Origin: Promethearchaeota archaeon
Lineage (GTDB): Archaea > Asgardarchaeota > Lokiarchaeia > Sigyniarchaeales > SOKP01
DNA length: 26,393 nucleotides
Direction of reading: 5' to 3'
NCBI GenBank assembly: GCA_048939995.1
Contig: JBHLOY010000020.1
Location: 1-26,393, forward strand
Numbering within the stretch: position 1 is the first letter of the stretch; each line of letters begins with the position of its first letter. The notes under the pieces are model-generated. The model searched no databases, was not told the origin of the DNA, and saw only the letters and a program-made list of their open reading frames with translations. The position numbers and the translations under genes are program-made. Below are positions 26,125 to 26,393 of the stretch, piece after piece.

Positions 26125-26393
26125 ATGGGAGATCCACGACGCTTAAAGAAAAAGTTTAGAAAACCAAAACATCCTTACAATAAGGAACGAATCCTTGAAG
26201 AACTTGAATTTCTAGGAAAATTTGGACTCAGAAACAAAAGAGAATTCTGGAAAATGAGAACTATGCTTGGAAACTGGAGAAAAATTGCTCGAGAGACTAG
26301 AACTCTGTCAAAAGAACAAGCTGCTGAAGCACAAAAAGAATTAATTAAAAAATTGAATCGATTAGGTGTATTAGGTCCTGAAGCTGAATTCGA
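26125..26393 (+). CDS. rps4: 30S ribosomal protein S4 (uS4, archaeal type), 3' truncated by the window
   Basis: GGTGA RBS; MGDPRRLKKKFRKPKHPY...EE...GKFGLRNKREFWK...; follows rps13 as in the archaeal S13-S4-S11-RpoD operon. Confidence 0.95.
   Translation, partial: MGDPRRLKKKFRKPKHPYNKERILEELEFLGKFGLRNKREFWKMRTMLGNWRKIARETRTLSKEQAAEAQKELIKKLNRLGVLGPEAEF

Noticed and set aside
1-26393. Genome-wide UGA reassignment (Trp/Gly)
   Set aside because: UGA ends several full-length genes in the window, and the in-frame UGAs align to Cys

Overview
AT-rich archaeal window, most likely from an Asgard archaeon (Lokiarchaeia/Promethearchaeia-like). The inference rests on archaeal uS13/uS4, an archaeal histone, two Rab-like small GTPase folds, CofC/FrhB and a eukaryote-type SECIS element. 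The main result is a selenoprotein operon that the ORF track fragments or misses. hdrA (21494-23494) has two in-frame UGA codons at conserved Cys positions, and vhuD/mvhD (23515-23940, absent from the ORF track) has two more. A eukaryote-like SECIS (AUGA-helix-AAA loop-GA) follows, and its AUGA core is the vhuD UGA stop codon itself. Downstream, in the same frame, is a wHTH-ferredoxin-FrhB gene. The left end is a cell-surface/signalling-like cluster on the minus strand: a degenerate pseudo-GTPase, a 957-aa receptor-like membrane protein with a duplicated 89-aa cytoplasmic domain, a double wHTH regulator, and a secreted protein with 81-aa Asp-rich tandem repeats. The middle is mostly housekeeping and metabolic genes: ACD alpha subunit, HIBADH-family oxidoreductase, Fe-S protein, DUF6206-like protein, D-2-hydroxyacid dehydrogenase, ThpR, HAD, DUF211, DUF2299-like, HIT, a tailed histone, TrmB, a Rab-like GTPase, CofC, a coiled-coil protein and SerS. 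Two genes appear to need AUU/AUA initiation. I found no tRNA, rRNA, CRISPR array or mobile element. All family assignments come from motif recognition by eye, not from database searches.
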